Source: an uncultured Acidobacteriota bacterium (GTDB lineage Bacteria > Acidobacteriota > Thermoanaerobaculia > Gp7-AA8). Taken from it: 64,000 nucleotides of DNA. The stretch's first letter is position 1. Every line of letters starts with the position of its first letter. The position numbers were made by a program, and so were the translations under genes. The notes beneath the pieces are model-generated. The model ran no database searches, was not told the origin of the DNA, and saw nothing but the letters and a program-made list of their open reading frames with translations. Positions 56,673 through 64,000 of this stretch are shown here, piece after piece. The stretch lies in the NCBI GenBank assembly GCA_963822445.1, contig CAWGHO010000003.1:1024001-1088000 (forward strand), given 5' to 3'.

Positions 56673-57134
56673 TTGAGCGATCGCAAATACAAGCATCAAG
56701 GCTATCAGGACGGCGGCGGGTACTCGAAGTCCGGCGGGCAGTCGCAGCGTCCGATGGGACCGCGTCCCGACCCGAGACCGGAACGGATGGAAGGCGCGCC
56801 GCGCGGCCGTACCGCCGGCGGCTTCGGCCCCGAAGCATTCAAGTGCAACAAGTGCGGGGAGGGTCGGGTCACGCTCGACGCGCTGACGCCGCAGGACGCC
56901 TGCATGAAATGCGGCGCCGATCTCCACACCTGCGGCAACTGCCGCTTCTTCGACACGATGACGCTCTGGGAGTGCCGCGAAAACATCCCCGCCCGCGTGG
57001 TCGGCAAGCACGTCAAAAACGAATGCACGTTCTTCCAGCCCAAGATCGTCCGCGACCTGGCCGCCGACAAAGGCCGGCAGCCGGTGACGCCGGATGACGC
57101 GCGAACGGCGTTTGATGCGCTGTTCAAAAAGTGA
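56673..57134 (+). CDS. Cys-rich zinc-ribbon hypothetical protein
   Basis: CNKC, CMKC, CGNCRFFD, ARTAFDALFKK; TTG start inferred. Confidence 0.8.
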   Translation: MSDRKYKHQGYQDGGGYSKSGGQSQRPMGPRPDPRPERMEGAPRGRTAGGFGPEAFKCNKCGEGRVTLDALTPQDACMKCGADLHTCGNCRFFDTMTLWECRENIPARVVGKHVKNECTFFQPKIVRDLAADKGRQPVTPDDARTAFDALFKK

Positions 57135-57230
57135 GTTACGGGGTTACGAGGTTTCGGGGTTACGAGGTGTCCATCTCGGACCGACTTCTTCTTCCACCCC
57201 GTAACCTCGAAACCTCGTAACCCCCGCAAC
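57133..57230. repeat. Inverted arrays of an 8-bp tandem repeat (RGGTTWCG / CGWAACCY)
   Basis: gagttacg gggttacg aggtttcg gggttacg ... cgtaacct cgaaacct cgtaaccc. Confidence 0.85.
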
Positions 57231-57231
57231 G

Positions 57232-58737
57232 ATGCCCGTCCGCGTTCTCCTCTCAATCACGAGCGGCGCCCTCTTCGCGCTCGCCTTCCCCGACGCCGCA
57301 GTCGGCTGGCTTGCGTTCATTGCGCTGGCGCCGTTGCTCGTTGCGGTGGTGCGCGCGAAGAGTACGCGGGAGTCGTTTCTTCTGGGGTGGGTGACGCAGA
57401 CCACGGCATGGCTGATCATGGTTCCGTGGGTGGTGCGGGTGATGTCGCACTACGGCGGGCTGCCGTACTTTCTCGGGGTCGTGCTGTTCGTGGCCATGGC
57501 CTCGATTCTCGGGCTGTACGGCGGGCTGTTCGCGTTCATCGTCCGCCGGTTGAACCTGGGGATCGCGTTTCTGCCGTGGCTATTCGTTCCGTTGGCCTGG
57601 GCTGCGATCGAGTTTGCGCGCACCTATCTGCTGACCGGATTTCCGTGGAATCTCATCGCCACGTCGATCGTCGACTACACGGCGCTGATCCAGATCGATC
57701 GCTTCGGCGGTCCGTACTTCGTCGGCGCGCTGGTCGTCTTTCCTTCGGTCGTCGTCGCGTGGTGGATCACCCAGAAGCCGGCGCAGATCGCGAAAGTGCT
57801 GGTCGGCGGGTCGCTCGGGATTCTGGCGCTGGTGTGGTGGGGGACCGGGCTGGTCGCGTCGAAGCTGATCGCCCGGCCGAATGCGACGCCGGCCATCACC
57901 GCGGCGCTGCTACAGCCGAACATCTCCCAGGAAATGCGCTGGGACGACGAGAACGTCCTGGCCATCTACCAGAAGATGATCGCCATGACCGAGCGCGCGG
58001 CCGACAACGGCGCGAAGGTCGTGGTCTGGCCGGAATCGACGGTGCCGCTGTCGTACACGCAGACCGCGTTCTACCGAGAGTCGATCGAGCAGCTCTCCCG
58101 CACCCGCAACATCGACATCATCCTCGGATCCGTCGCAACCGATCCCACGCAGCCGAACCGGATCTGGAACTCGGCCTTCCTGGTGAGCAGCGGCATCACC
58201 ATCGGCCACTACGACAAGATCCGCCTCGTTCCCTTCGGCGAGTACGTGCCGTTGCGGCGCGTGCTCTTCTTCGCGGAGAAACTCGTACGCGCCGTGGGTG
58301 AGTTCGAGTTCGGCTCGAACGAAGCGCCGCTCGGCGGATTGCTGAAGTACGGCCCGGCCATCTGCTACGAGATCGTCTATCCCCAGATCACCCGCACGCA
58401 GATCCGCAACGGCGCGGATGTGCTGCTGACGATCACCAACGACGCCTGGTACGACGGCACGTCAGCGCCGGCGCAGCATCTCGCGCAGGCGCGGCTCCGC
58501 GCGGTCGAAGGCGATCGCTATCTGCTTCGCGCGGCCACCACCGGCATCTCCGCGTACATCGATCCCACGGGCCGCGTGCTCGAGTCGATCCCCATGGGAC
58601 GGGACGGGATCATTTACGCGAAGTTCCAGCCGCGCACGGCCATGACGCCGTATGTCCGGTTCGGCGACTGGTTTGCGTGGGTCGCGGTGGTCGTGGTACT
58701 CATCGCCGCCGTTGTACGGCGGCGAAATGCAGAATGA
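57232..58737 (+). CDS. lnt: Apolipoprotein N-acyltransferase
   Basis: TGFPW, VVWPES, YDKIRLVPFGEYVP, ICYEI, TNDAWY. Confidence 0.96.
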   Translation: MPVRVLLSITSGALFALAFPDAAVGWLAFIALAPLLVAVVRAKSTRESFLLGWVTQTTAWLIMVPWVVRVMSHYGGLPYFLGVVLFVAMASILGLYGGLFAFIVRRLNLGIAFLPWLFVPLAWAAIEFARTYLLTGFPWNLIATSIVDYTALIQIDRFGGPYFVGALVVFPSVVVAWWITQKPAQIAKVLVGGSLGILALVWWGTGLVASKLIARPNATPAITAALLQPNISQEMRWDDENVLAIYQKMIAMTERAADNGAKVVVWPESTVPLSYTQTAFYRESIEQLSRTRNIDIILGSVATDPTQPNRIWNSAFLVSSGITIGHYDKIRLVPFGEYVPLRRVLFFAEKLVRAVGEFEFGSNEAPLGGLLKYGPAICYEIVYPQITRTQIRNGADVLLTITNDAWYDGTSAPAQHLAQARLRAVEGDRYLLRAATTGISAYIDPTGRVLESIPMGRDGIIYAKFQPRTAMTPYVRFGDWFAWVAVVVVLIAAVVRRRNAE

Positions 58738-58804
58738 AGAATGCAGAATGCAGAATTGAAGGAGAGGTTTTTTTCTGCATTCTGCATTTTGCATTCTGCA
58801 TTTC
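58725..58804. repeat. Inverted arrays of a 7-bp tandem repeat (AATGCAG / CTGCATT)
   Basis: aatgcag aatgaag aatgcag aatgcag ... ctgcatt ctgcatt ttgcatt ctgcatt; overlaps the lnt stop codon. Confidence 0.88.
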
Positions 58805-58816
58805 TTCGGACTACCT

Positions 58817-59921
58817 ATGAACGACAACACACACGAAAAGATCACCGACCTCCGCAACCGACTCCGCTCCGTCCGGAGCTATCTTTGACCTAGCCTCCGC
58901 GAAACGCGCGCTCGATGAAGTCGAGCGCGAGATGTCGGCGCCGGGCTTCTGGGACCATCCCGAAAACGCGCAGGAAGTGGGCCGCAAGCGCGCCCGCGTG
59001 GAGAAGCGCATCGAGACGGGCACGTCCATCGAATCGAAGTCCGAAGAGCTCGACGTCCTTCTCGACCTGCAGAAGGAAGGGGAGAGCGTCGACGCCGACA
59101 TCGAATCGCTCGTCGATCAGCTGGAGAAGGAGATCAACTCCATCGAGCTGACCATGAAGCTTTCCGGCGAGCACGATCTCCGCGACTGCATCGTCAGCAT
59201 CCATCCCGGCGCGGGCGGGACGGAATCCCAGGACTGGGCGGAGATGCTGCTGCGCATGTACCTCCGCTACTGCGAGCGCAAGGGCTGGTCGGCGGAAGAG
59301 ATCGACTACCAGGCCGGCGAAGAGGCGGGGATCAAGAGCGCGACGATCATGGTCCGCGGCGATTACGCGTACGGCTATCTGAAAGCGGAGACGGGCGTTC
59401 ATCGCCTGGTGCGCATCTCGCCGTACGACGCGGCGAAGCGGCGGCACACGTCGTTCGCATCGGTGCTGGTCTATCCCGACATCGACGACTCGATCGACAT
59501 CGAGATCAACGACAAGGACCTTCGCGTCGATACGTATCGTTCCTCGGGCGCCGGCGGGCAGCACGTCAACGTCACCGATTCGGCGATCCGCATCACCCAC
59601 ATCCCCAGCGGCATCGTGGTGACTTGCCAGAACGAGCGCAGCCAGCACAAGAACCGCGCGACGGCGATGCATCTGCTCAAGGCACGGCTGTATCAACAGG
59701 AGTTGGAGAAGCGGAAAGAGGAGCAGTCGAAGCTGGAAGGGGAGAAGAAGGACATCGGCTTCGGCTCGCAGATCCGCTCGTACGTCCTCCAGCCGTATCA
59801 GCTGATCAAGGACGTGCGCACCGGTTACGAGGTCGGCGACCCGCAGCGTGTGCTCGACGGCGATCTCGACGGATTCATCGAGGCCTACCTCTCCGCGCAG
59901 GCGCGAAAGACGGCGGACTAG
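58817..59921 (+). CDS. prfB: Peptide chain release factor 2 with programmed +1 frameshift
   Basis: ATG 58817 reads to CTT TGA C at 58883-58889, preceded by SD-like GGAG; +1 frame has GGTESQDWA, SPY, GGQHVN. Confidence 0.96.
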
Positions 59922-59925
59922 GCCC

Positions 59926-61287
59926 GTGAAGATTGCCGTCCTCACGCCGCTGCCTCCGACCAAAACAGGGGTGGCGCACTACGCGTCGCTGCTATTGCCG
60001 GAGCTGGCAAAGCAAGTAGAGGTGCAGGCCTTTCCATCGCTCGATGGCTATCGCCGCGCCGACTTCAATCACGTGGTCTATCAGCTCGGCAACAACCCGC
60101 ATCACGAGGCGATGTACGCCGAAGCGATGCGCGAGCCGGGCGTGGTCGTGCTGCACGACCTCGTGCTGCATCACCTGATCGTGGAGATGACTCTGGCCCG
60201 CGGCGACGTCGAGGGCTACGTCGCGGCCCTGGAAGCGAATCACGGCGCGGCCGGCGCGGCCTGGGCGCGAGGACGCGCTGCGGGACTGCACAGCGAAATG
60301 GGCAACTTCCTTCTGCCCGCCTCGGTCGATGTCGCGAATCGCTCCCGCGCGGTGATCGTGCACAACCAGTACGCCGCGGATCGCCTGCGATCGTTCGGGG
60401 TGACGACGCCGATTCGCGTCGTGCCGCATCCGTACGTTCCCGAGACACGAACGTTCGATCGCGACGCGATCCGCGAACGCCTCGGACTGACCGGCCGTCG
60501 CGTGATCGGCTTCTTCGGCTTTCTGACGTCGGCCAAGCGTGCCGAGGTTGTGTTGGAGGCGTTTCGGCGGGCGAAGGATCCGAACCTGGCGCTGCTGATC
60601 GTCGGCGAGCCCGCGCCGAACATCGAACTGCCGCGAGGCGAAGGGATCGTGACGACGGGATATGTCGCGGATGAAGATTTTCCCGCGTACTACGCCGCCG
60701 CCGATCGCCTCGTGAACCTGCGCTATCCCACCGCCGGCGAAACCTCGGGCACGCTGATCCGCGCGCTCGACGCCGGAAAACCGGTGGCCGTGAGCGATTA
60801 CGCGCAGTTCGCCGAGTTGCCGGATGACGTCGCCGTCAGAGTGCCGCTGGGGGCGGGGGAGGTGGAGGCGCTGGTGGAGTTCTTCACTGGCGATCTCGCC
60901 GACACGTCGCGAGCGCAGAGAGCGTGGTTGGAAGCGAACGCGCGGGTGGAGCTGACAGTGGATGGGTATCTCTCCGCGTTGGAGTGCGGTGGCTCTGCCA
61001 CCTCTTTGGAAAGCAGCGGCAGAGCCGCCGCACTCCAACTCTTTCCAAAGCTTCAGTTGGAAGGCACGACCATCCGCAACGTCGGCACGTCCACCATCCG
61101 CACCCGCACCTACGGCCAACCCGAGCTCCGCCTCATCCATCGTTCAGCAAGGGGCGACCAATGGCTCGTGCTCCCATGCGATCTCCATCCCGGCGAAGCC
61201 GCGGAAATCGGCGTAACCGGCAAGGTCTGCATCGCCCTGCAGGGCATTCCTCTCGTCGCGCTCGAAGAGGTTCCGCGTGTTCGATGA
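59926..61287 (+). CDS. GT4-family glycosyltransferase with in-frame REP insertion
   Basis: TPLPP..TGVAHY, YQLGNNPHH, NLRYPTAGETSG, GKPVAVSD. Confidence 0.9.
   Translation: MKIAVLTPLPPTKTGVAHYASLLLPELAKQVEVQAFPSLDGYRRADFNHVVYQLGNNPHHEAMYAEAMREPGVVVLHDLVLHHLIVEMTLARGDVEGYVAALEANHGAAGAAWARGRAAGLHSEMGNFLLPASVDVANRSRAVIVHNQYAADRLRSFGVTTPIRVVPHPYVPETRTFDRDAIRERLGLTGRRVIGFFGFLTSAKRAEVVLEAFRRAKDPNLALLIVGEPAPNIELPRGEGIVTTGYVADEDFPAYYAAADRLVNLRYPTAGETSGTLIRALDAGKPVAVSDYAQFAELPDDVAVRVPLGAGEVEALVEFFTGDLADTSRAQRAWLEANARVELTVDGYLSALECGGSATSLESSGRAAALQLFPKLQLEGTTIRNVGTSTIRTRTYGQPELRLIHRSARGDQWLVLPCDLHPGEAAEIGVTGKVCIALQGIPLVALEEVPRVR
60979..61038. repeat. 60-bp REP doublet in frame inside the glycosyltransferase
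   Basis: TTGGAGTGCGG...CCGCACTCCAA, encoding LECGGSATSLESSGRAAALQ; resembles the intergenic element at 36019. Confidence 0.85.
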
Positions 61288-61849
61288 CGCGGCGCTGGAA
61301 CGGCTCAAAGAGATCCTCGCCCGCCGCCCTGCCATCGAGATCGACGCACCGCAGCATCGCCGCGCCTGCGTACTCATCCCGCTGATCCGCAATGCGGGCG
61401 GCTGGTCGATTCTGTTCACCCGCCGCGCTGAGAACCTTGCCGCGCACGGCGGACAGATCGCCTTTCCGGGCGGCGCGGTCGAGGCGGACGAGCTGCTCGA
61501 GGATGCCGCGTTACGGGAGGCCGAGGAGGAGGTGGGGATACCTCGGCGTCACGTGGAGCTGATCGGGCGCCTGGACGACGTCATCACCCACAGCGGCTTT
61601 CTCGTCGCGCCGTTCGCCGGCGTGATTCACGAGCGGATCGAGTACGTGATGCAGGAGTCGGAGGTCGTGGAGATCTTCGAGGTTCCGATCGAAGCGCTGC
61701 TCGACATCAGGAACCCGGAAGTCCGCTACGTCCCGTTCCGGAACAAGCGCTATCCGGCGTACTTTTATCACCACGGACCGTACGAGATCTGGGGTTTGAC
61801 GGGACGGATGTTGAAGGCGTTTCTCGACCTGGTTTGGACCGCTACTTAA
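61277..61849 (+). CDS. Nudix CoA pyrophosphatase (NudL-like)
   Basis: LFTRRA..LAAHGGQIAFPGG, ALREAEEEVG, IWGLTG. Confidence 0.93.
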   Translation: MFDDAALERLKEILARRPAIEIDAPQHRRACVLIPLIRNAGGWSILFTRRAENLAAHGGQIAFPGGAVEADELLEDAALREAEEEVGIPRRHVELIGRLDDVITHSGFLVAPFAGVIHERIEYVMQESEVVEIFEVPIEALLDIRNPEVRYVPFRNKRYPAYFYHHGPYEIWGLTGRMLKAFLDLVWTAT

Positions 61850-62888
61850 GCAGCTTGTCCACGTACTCGGCCAGCGCCTTGCCGTCCTGCCCCTCATCCA
61901 CGAGCACGCCGTTGACCATATAGGTCGGCGTGCCGCGCACCTCGTTCGACAGCGCGGTGCCGGCGCCTTTCAGGATCTCGTTCTTCAGCGTCTCGGACGC
62001 GAGGTCGGCGTCGTACTTCGCGAGATCGATCTCGTTCTCCGACGCGAAGGCACGGGCCCAATCCCAGAACGAGAAGGCGTTGAGCTTGTCCTGATTGGCG
62101 TAGACCTGCTTCTTGTACTCCCAGAACAGGTCGGGCTTCTGGCGATAAATCGCCCGGCCGGCCAGCGCCGCGCCGAATGCCCAGGGATGACCTTCGAGGG
62201 GCATGTCGAAGCGGATGTAACGAACTTTGCCGTTGTGCCTGGTGAGGATCGGATCGACGAAGCCCGATGCACGCTTGCAGGACGGGCATTCGAAGTCGGA
62301 GAACTCGATGATCGTCACTGCCGCGTCAGCCGCGCCGCGCGTCGGCGATTTGGCGAGCAGGCTCTCGAACGTCTTGAGGCGCAGGGCGCGGAGGTTCTCG
62401 CCGCTGCGGAACTGCCCGAGGAAGAACATCTTCCCTTCGGCATCGAACACGCCGTCGAGGGGCACCTTTCCGTTCTCGGTCACCTGAAGCAGCGTCGCCC
62501 TCCGTAAGCCATCGACCGTCGGTTCAGGCTCGACCACGGCGGTGGCATTCATCTGAAAGTTGCGCCAGACGAAGGCCTTGATCCGTTCCTCGGCCGTCTT
62601 GCCCTCTTCGTTGCTGAGCGTCCAGGGCATGCCCAGGTAGACCGCGCCGGAGGGGGCGAGCACGCCACCCATCTGGCTGTCGCAACGATGGTTCTCGCTC
62701 TCGACCTTCACGATCGCGCCTTTGAAGCGCGGCGGGAGCTTGACCTGCATGTCCTCGAACGTGACCTTGCCGCCCTCGCAGACGGTGAGGGACTCACGCA
62801 GGATGCGATCGAGCTTCGGATCGACCTCGGCCGCAAGTGCAGCAGTCGACGAGACGAGGAGAGCGCAGACGAGCAGGTGGCGTTTCAC
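61842..62888 (-). CDS. Secreted DsbA/thioredoxin-domain protein
   Basis: Signal peptide; IIEFSDFECPSC, VRGTPT. Confidence 0.9.
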   Translation of the reverse strand: MKRHLLVCALLVSSTAALAAEVDPKLDRILRESLTVCEGGKVTFEDMQVKLPPRFKGAIVKVESENHRCDSQMGGVLAPSGAVYLGMPWTLSNEEGKTAEERIKAFVWRNFQMNATAVVEPEPTVDGLRRATLLQVTENGKVPLDGVFDAEGKMFFLGQFRSGENLRALRLKTFESLLAKSPTRGAADAAVTIIEFSDFECPSCKRASGFVDPILTRHNGKVRYIRFDMPLEGHPWAFGAALAGRAIYRQKPDLFWEYKKQVYANQDKLNAFSFWDWARAFASENEIDLAKYDADLASETLKNEILKGAGTALSNEVRGTPTYMVNGVLVDEGQDGKALAEYVDKLLK

Positions 62889-62929
62889 GCGCGGTGAAAC
62901 GGGGGATGGCGGGGGCGGCATTCCGGATT

Positions 62930-62997
62930 GGTAGGCGGTAGGCCGGTTCCCCTGCCTACCGCCTACTGCAGGCGCCAGCGGCGCCGTACCGCCTACT
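62930..62997. repeat. Short inverted heptamer repeats (GGTAGGC / GCCTACC)
   Basis: ggtaggcggtaggc ... gcctaccgcctact ... gtaccgcctact. Confidence 0.6.
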
Positions 62998-63439
62998 AAT
63001 TGTTCGGAGGTGCTTCGGAGATGTTCTCGACAGCCTTGCCGACCCGGCCGTCCTGGCTCGAGTTGGTGGCGATGTCGCCGAGGGAGACGATGCCGACGAG
63101 CTCGTTGTTGCCGTTGACCACCGGCAGACGGCGGATCTCGGCGCTGCCCATCAGATCGAGCACTTCTGTCAGCGGCGTGTCTTCCTTCACGCTGCGGACG
63201 CTCTTGGTCATGATCTCGTTCACCTTCACGCTCGATACGTCCCGCCCCTCGGCGATGCCGCGGACGACGATGTCGCGATCGGTGATCAGACCGATGATCC
63301 TCTTTCCGTCGACGACCGGCACCACGCCGGTGTCCTGTTCCTTCATGATCCGAGCGACGTCACTGATGCTGTCCCGCTCCGAGACGCACTCCGGGTTGGG
63401 CGTCATCACGTCGCGCACATGGCGAGTTTCTTTGGCCAT
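62996..63439 (-). CDS. CBS-domain protein
   Basis: VRDVMT, GLITDRDIVVR, IRRLPVV, GIVSLGDI; GGAGG RBS. Confidence 0.93.
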   Translation of the reverse strand: MAKETRHVRDVMTPNPECVSERDSISDVARIMKEQDTGVVPVVDGKRIIGLITDRDIVVRGIAEGRDVSSVKVNEIMTKSVRSVKEDTPLTEVLDLMGSAEIRRLPVVNGNNELVGIVSLGDIATNSSQDGRVGKAVENISEAPPNN

Positions 63440-63486
63440 TTGTTCCTCCTTCAAACAACAGAAGGAGAGAGCAATGTCCGAGCCCG

Positions 63487-64000
63487 TTAGAAAGCGAGCC
63501 GGAGGCCGCCGGTGAGCGTGAAATACCGCGGTGAGAAGTGGCCGCGGGACATGTGGTACGTCGCTTCCACAATTGCACCGTATTTGCGCGAGATCGGGAA
63601 ATCGGCGTTCACGCCGAACTGAAAACCGTAGTCGCTATCGGACTCGACCTCTTCGTCATCGGCCGAGTGCCGGTAAAAGCCGAGACCGCCAAAGATCGAC
63701 GTGCGGCCGTACGGCTCATCGAAGCGATATTCGATGACTGCCGAGGCATGCTGAACCTCGCCTTCGACGTCGCGGCGGAAGAAACGCGGTCCCGTTTCCT
63801 CGGGCTTCTTGGGATCGAAGGTCGGATTGTCGATCCGGAAGGCGACCGGGCCCTCCAGCCGGCCGACCTTGAACTTGAGGCGCGTGGCCTCTTCGATCTC
63901 CATCGCCCAGTAGAGATCGATGGCGCTGTTGCTCAGCGACAGCTCGTTGTCGAGAAATTCGCGCCTTTCATCGCTGTCCGGGATCGGCTCGCCGAGGCCC
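63487..64000 (-). CDS. Outer-membrane beta-barrel protein, 5'-truncated by window edge
   Basis: Alternating beta strands (FGGLGFY, YGFQFGVNADF), C-terminal LRLAF. Confidence 0.75.
   Translation of the reverse strand, partial: GLGEPIPDSDERREFLDNELSLSNSAIDLYWAMEIEEATRLKFKVGRLEGPVAFRIDNPTFDPKKPEETGPRFFRRDVEGEVQHASAVIEYRFDEPYGRTSIFGGLGFYRHSADDEEVESDSDYGFQFGVNADFPISRKYGAIVEATYHMSRGHFSPRYFTLTGGLRLAF

Noticed and set aside
57133-58804. Repeat arrays as CRISPR
   Set aside because: 7-8 bp units with no unique spacers and no cas genes
58883-58889. prfB as a frameshifted pseudogene
   Set aside because: Canonical CTT-TGA-C programmed frameshift

Overview
High-GC Gram-negative bacterial chromosomal window; the gene repertoire suggests Acidobacteriota, probably Thermoanaerobaculia (inference). 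It holds about 60 CDS. Housekeeping genes include gatB, rsgA, trmB, ruvC, pdhABC, lnt, prfB (programmed +1 frameshift), comM/yifB, an MdlA/MdlB-type ABC exporter, FadL and two c-di-GMP enzymes. I found no rRNA, tRNA, CRISPR array, integrase or transposase. The most notable loci are: (1) a split Rhs system (8.7-22.2 kb), in which a 3363-aa signal-peptide protein carries the YD shell followed by about 2100 aa of adhesin domains, while the rest of the shell, the Rhs core and a caspase-like C-terminus sit in the next gene with their own signal peptide, followed by Sel1 and lipoprotein immunity candidates; (2) an ECF sigma / TPR protein / convergent small secreted peptide cassette (47.1-49.1 kb) resembling an undescribed peptide-signalling module; (3) a MerB-like gene with an in-frame UGA at a catalytic Cys position and a bacterial SECIS-like hairpin, so probably a selenoprotein; (4) a sigma-70 factor with a duplicated region 4; (5) an 8-Cys secreted miniprotein paired with a large beta-sandwich protein; and (6) several REP-like palindromes, some inserted in frame inside coding genes. 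All assignments come from reading motifs; no searches were run.
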